DNA from: Chiloscyllium plagiosum
Taxonomy: Eukaryota
Length of the DNA: 52,379 nt
Direction: 5' to 3'
Assembly: GCF_004010195.1 (NCBI RefSeq)
Contig: NC_057718.1
Span: forward strand, 87,747,781-87,800,159
Shown here: positions 47,268 to 52,379 of the stretch, one piece after another
How the letters are laid out: each line of letters begins with the position of its first letter
Numbering within the stretch: position 1 is the first letter of the stretch
The notes under the pieces: model-generated
The model's database searches: none
What the model was told of the DNA's origin: nothing
What the model saw: the letters and a program-made list of their open reading frames with translations, nothing else
Program-made: the position numbers and the translations under genes

Positions 47268-49714
47268 TAATATCAAAGTCCCGTGTTACAGCATACATTT
47301 AATACAGAGAATAAGTGCCTTTGTAATTCCCAGTGCAGACATATGATGAGTTTACTCATTTTACCTCAATATGATTTAGTTTCTATTTCCAAACCATCCA
47401 TTCTGCTTAAAAATAATTGATAATTTAGGATCATTATGGTGCAGTTTTGTATTATTATCCTTATGTGCTAGCATTTGGATGAGGAAACTGAGTGGACATA
47501 GGTTCATTTTATCATTTTCATTGGGTTTAAATCCAAATTCCTTAGCAACCTCCAAATTGTCATTTTTTTCACAGTTAAGATATCAGATCCAGCTCGCAAA
47601 AAAAAGCTACCTTTTCATAATTTCATATGTGGAATTATTCACACCTCTTATAGACATAGCTTAAGCTGTAGCTCTCCAGTTGTTTTCTCCCATTATTTCA
47701 CAATACAAACTGCTCCTTAGCATAGAAACGGTGCTTTCCAACTCTTCCATTTTGCTATTTTCATGGGATGTTCTTAGTCTGGTGGAATGTCTTAGTGGTC
47801 TGGGGTTAGAAACCCCTTAAGTTTCGTTGCTGTGCCTATGTTACATCATTATATTCACTACATTGAACATCACCTTCTTTAATTCCTTGTATCATCTACT
47901 CTGTCTCCTTTTCAAAGGTCTCAAGACCATGGACTTCACTCTGACTTCCTTTCCTTTGATCTGTGGGCTTTTAAAATAGAAGTTTTCATGTAACCACATA
48001 TTTGTCATAAATAGCAGTGTCAGATAAGTGCCACTTCTGATTTTTCTACTGTTAATCGTTTTAATTTTGGATCTTGACCCACCCTGATTTTTCTTTTCAA
48101 TGCTGATTTGTATCACAATCTGGTTAACATATTTTGGATTAAATACACAATTCACTCGCAGCTGTAGCAAGTGGGCCCTGGATGTTTCAATTTGTGAGAT
48201 TAATTCCATTTGTCTGGAATATGGGAGCAGGGCTGGGAGTTCTGACAGACATCATCAAAACATTATTTTCATGCATTCATGTGACCTGTGTCCAAAGGCA
48301 AGTCCTTGACTGACTGCTGTTGCATCATCCAGAGCTGTTTCCTTAGCTGTTTTCTTCTGTGTCACTGCGTTCCACTCTCAGGTGCAGGGTAAAAAGGCTG
48401 ATCCCATGTTTACCTCATCCAAAACAGGAGTCAAACCAATGTCGAACCACACACACTAGTCCGGTAGCAAACTGAGGTATTGGCCCTCTGTTCATGTAGC
48501 ATATAGAAGACATCAAATTATTAAGTATCTAAGAGAAAGCTGAAGATCCAACAGCCACAATTACAGTAGTTAATAGCTCAAATGGTACAAATGAAAAAAA
48601 GGCTTACCACCAAGATCAGAAGGAACTCATAAAACAACTGTGGATACTGAAAATCTGAAACAGTCAAAAACAGAAATTCTGCAGAACTCCATAGTTCTGA
48701 CATCTATGGACAAAAAAGTTAAATGTTTCAAGTTCAGTGACCTTGGGGTTTCGTTTTGTTTTAAGAATAGAATATCCTTTAGTGTCACGTACTAGAGTAC
48801 AGGGGTACAATAAAAGCTTTACAATGTTGCCTCTTATGGCACCATTTTCTGTACAACTACCTAGGTACAAATCTTAGATATATAGAGGAATAAAAAGAAA
48901 AGTAGTTGTATTACTTTACAGTGTTTAAAGAATAAGAAATAAGACATAGTCAAAGGATTGACATTACAGTCAGATAAAAAAAGGTCAAATAAACACTACA
49001 TTGCAGCAGCTCAGCACAGGGGCTTCCACACATGGTCCGACCGCCCGCGCCAGACCCCAGTCCCGGCCCCACTCTACTCCAAGCCTCCAGTCTGCTCTGT
49101 ACTGGCTTTCAGCTGCTCCAAGTTCCAGGACACCTTCCCCTGTATCGGCTGCTGCTCTGGGACTGCTTCCCCCACGTTTTTGCTGGTATATTTTGCCGAA
49201 CACTACCCTCTGCTTTAATCTTCACTTACTGCCAGTGGATGCGATAGATAAACATTTCTTTCCAGCCATCACTCGTGATACTTCCAATTTTATGTGATCC
49301 ATCTGAAGTAGAATGAAACCAAGTTCCCAGTGGAAAGGATTTAGAAACGATTGTAAATTAATAAGATGAGAGTGGGAGAGTACTGAATGAAGTATGTTCA
49401 AAAGCTGAGCCTGGCAAAAAAGTCCTGGATAACAGTCAAATGTCTGCAGCTGTTAGCAGAGCACCAGTGAGGAAAGCAGATGAACCATAAAGAGTTGATG
49501 TCAAAGATGTTTACATGAAAATGGTTACACAGCAGCCAGAAGGACATGGCTGAAAGAAAAGGCAAAGGCAGAAGGTACAGTTTTGTAAAGGACAGTCTAA
49601 AGTATAAATAGTTATTATAGCTCTGTTGGAAGGAAAGTCGTGCATTGGTATAAAAGGGGCAGATGAATGAGTGGATTGCCTTATTCTGAAAAGCTAGAAA
49701 GGCGAGGCCTGTAA

Positions 49715-50110
49715 CTTCTGAAGTTTAGAAAAGTTAGAGGTGACTTAATTGAAACATATAAGATCTTGAGGACACTTGACAGCATGGATGTTGAAAAGAT
49801 ACTTCTTATGGAAGAATCTAAAACTAAGGGACATAATTTAAAAGCAAGAAGGTGCGGCATTTAAAACAGACAAGGAAGCATTTTATTCTCCGAGTGTTGT
49901 GAGTCTTTGGAATTCTCTTCCTCAAAAGGCAGTAGATGCAGAATCTTTAAATATTGTTATAGCAGCATTCGGTAGATCCTTGATTACCAAGAGGATGAGA
50001 GATTATCAGGAGTATGTAAGAATGAGATTAAAATCAGATCAGATATGATCTTATTGAATGGCTTAGCAGGTTCAAGGGCCAATTGGCCTAGTCTTGTTGC
50101 TTTTCCATTT
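49715..50110 (+). mobile_element. CR1 3' end
   Basis: FRKVRGDLIETYKILR, RVVSLWNSLPQKAV and DAESLNI remnants. Confidence 0.75.
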
Positions 50111-50631
50111 GTTCAGATCTTGTGATCTATGAGGTGATCAGATAAAGAAACTGTAGCAGCAGTATTGCACCTGACTTAATGGATCAGATCCAAATGCATC
50201 AAGTACACACCCTGTAGTTTGTGAAGAGATGGAACCAGAAATACTGATTAGTGAATAAACATGCAATTAAGAAGCTGGAGAAGGCCAAAATGGTAAGGAA
50301 AGACAATAAGGCTGCTGAAGCTGAAAAGATTGGAGAAGCAGTGCAGCCAAAACTAGGAAATAAATTGTTGATCTGATCTGGAGAAGTGAAATTTGCACAG
50401 ATGATTGGCTAGTTTCAGAAGTGGTGATATTGCCAACAATTCTTGACGCCCAAAACTAAACAAAGCATAGAACAATTAATCCGACAGTCAATGAAAGAGA
50501 AGTGCTCCTAAAGATTTAAGGGCTTTCATATTTCATCACAACAGAAATTGTCAGGGAACTGTTCAGTGATACTACGTGCAAAGGGACTTGCAGATACCAT
50601 TCTAGTGTTGCACAATATAATTGAGAAGTGT

Positions 50632-50756
50632 AGACAAAAGTGAGTGCTGGAGATCAGAGTCAAGATTAGAATGGTGCTGGAAAAGCACAGCAGGTCAGGG
50701 AGCATCTGAGGAGCAGGAAAATCGATGTTTCAGGCAAAAACCCTTCATCAGGAATC
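50632..50756 (-). mobile_element. Family A Penelope-derived repeat with 12-bp TSD
   Basis: - strand CUGAUGA-A-GGGU-UUUU-GCCU-GAAA-CAUC. TSD ATTGAGAAGTGT at 50620-50631 and 50757-50768. Confidence 0.8.
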
Positions 50757-50791
50757 ATTGAGAAGTGTGTCAAGCAGGTAAAATAAAGATG

Positions 50792-52000
50792 GAGTCGTAG
50801 ATTCATATAGCACGGAAACAGACCCTTCGCTCCAACTCATCCCCGCCGACTATAAATCCCAATCAGACCTAATCCTATTTGCCAGCATTTGATTCATATC
50901 CCTTCCTATTCATATACCCATCTAGATGACTTTAAATGTTGTAATTATACCACTAATTCCACTGGCAGCTCTTTTATACACACACTATCCTCTGCGTGAA
51001 AATGTTATCTCTCAGGTCTTTTTTATATTTTTCCCCTCTCACCTTAAACCTATGCTTTCTAGTTTTAGACTCCTCCACCCTGGAAAAAAGGCCTTTACTA
51101 TTCACCCTATACGTGTCCCCCGTGATTTTACAAATCTCTATAAAGTCAGCCCTCAGCCTCTGACCTTCCAGGGAAAAAGGCCCCAGCCTAATCAGCCTCT
51201 CCCTAAAGCTCAAACCCGCCAGTCCCTGCAATTTCTTGTAAATATTTTCTGCACTCTCAACTTTAACAACATCCCTCCTATAGAAGTGCAACCAGAATTG
51301 TACACAGTATTCTAAAAGTGGCCTCACCTACGTGCTTTACTGCTGTAACATGACAGCTCAACTCCTATACTCAATCTTCTGACCAATGAAGGCAAGCATC
51401 CCAATGCCGCCTTCACTGCTGTCCATCTGCAACTCCAGTTTCAAGGAACTATGCACCTGCACCCCTAGGTCACTTTGTTCTGCAACACTCACCAGTGCCC
51501 TTCTGTTAACTGTATAAATCCTGCCATGGTTTGCCTTTCCAAAATGCACCATCTCAGATTTATCTAAATTAAACTCCATCTGCCACTTCTCAGCCCATTG
51601 GCCCATCTGATCAAGGTCCCATTGTGATCTGTGGTAATCTTCACTGTCCACCCTCAATTTTGGCCATCTGCAAACCTACTAACCATGCCTCCTATATTCA
51701 CATCCAAATCATTTTTATAAATGACAAAAAGCAGTGGACCCAGCACTGATCCTCATGGCACACTAGTGGCAACAGGCCTCCAAGCCAAAAAGCAACCCTC
51801 TACCATCACCCTCTCTCTCCTACCTTCAAACCATTTTGTATCCATAGAATTCCCCCTGGATTCCATGTGTTCTAACCTTGCTAACCAGTCTACCATGCAG
51901 AACCTTGTTCATTGCTTTGCTAAAGTACATATAGACATCTACTGCTCTGCCTTCATCAATCTTCTTTGTCACCTCTTCAAAAATCTCAATCAAATTTGCG
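50792..52000 (-). mobile_element. HER1-like CR1, 5'-truncated
   Basis: ORFs 50974..51327, 51358..51657 (WAEKWQMEFN) and 51826..52023 (FSKAMNKV). Confidence 0.9.
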
Positions 52001-52342
52001 AGCTTGTTCAAGTTAGTGAACAAAATGTTGGTATTCTTTGTACAGTATGCAAAGGCTTTTGATTCAGTCTATCATGTAGAGTCATGGAAAAGTTTCAGTG
52101 AATTTGGATACCAAATCACTTAACCTGGCTCATTCTGAGACTTTACGAACAGACAACAATTGTGCACTGGTTGGAGGTAAAACAGAACCATTCAGTTTTG
52201 ACAAAAATTGACAAGGATGTTTGCTTTCACCAATACATTTCAATGCCATAGCAGAAACGATCATGAGAGATATCAGCTCTGCTTTCCCAGAAAAAGTCAA
52301 AACAACAGCAGTTTAAAAGGGAGAAGATCAGACAAAGGAAGC

Positions 52343-52378
52343 ACATGGTGAGGACAGTGCAGGAGAGAGAGAGAGAGA
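52343..52378. repeat. GA-rich end with (GA)n microsatellite
   Basis: GAGAGAGAGAGAGA run at the window end. Confidence 0.6.
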
Positions 52379-52379
52379 A

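Larger units (their letters stand above)
49400..52280 (+). mobile_element. Ancient RTE-clade LINE fragmented by CR1, PLE and HER1 insertions
   Basis: SPWIT (about 49422), DNKAA..IWRSE..DDW..VVILP (about 50300-50440), ADTILVLHNIIEKC (about 50590-50631), FVQYAKAFDSV.H..WK (about 52037) and QGCLLSPIHFN (about 52212). Confidence 0.7.

Noticed and set aside
48958..49297. GC-rich overlapping ORFs or CpG-island promoter
   Set aside because: Short, with few CpGs, no protein homology, and apparently within a repeat.

Overview
Vertebrate genomic DNA from a cartilaginous fish, most likely a shark. This is inferred from the HER1/CR1 LINE, HE1 V-SINE and DeuSINE-type repeat content. The only host gene I can support is the 3' end of a uronyl 2-sulfotransferase (UST or UST-like) on the + strand. 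It has three in-phase coding exons (17157-17254, 19424-19581, 41716-41984) with canonical AG/GT splice sites, and its upstream exons were not found in the window. Most of the rest is nested, decayed mobile DNA: CR1/HER1 (two with ORF1 SGNH esterase plus ORF2), L1, L2, RTE, a probable solo LTR, a TIR MITE and several tRNA-derived SINEs. The most notable signal is about 12 short Penelope-like (PLE) insertions from at least three sequence families, plus one PLE GIY-YIG endonuclease fragment. Several carry a minimal hammerhead-ribozyme core (CUGANGA-N-stem II-GAAA-palindromic ACGU/AGCU-H), many are inverted head-to-head pairs, and several have 8-18 bp target-site duplications (TSDs). There is a 275-nt assembly gap at 38057-38331. 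Repeat family names come from motif recognition and recall, not database searches, and boundaries of old repeats are approximate.
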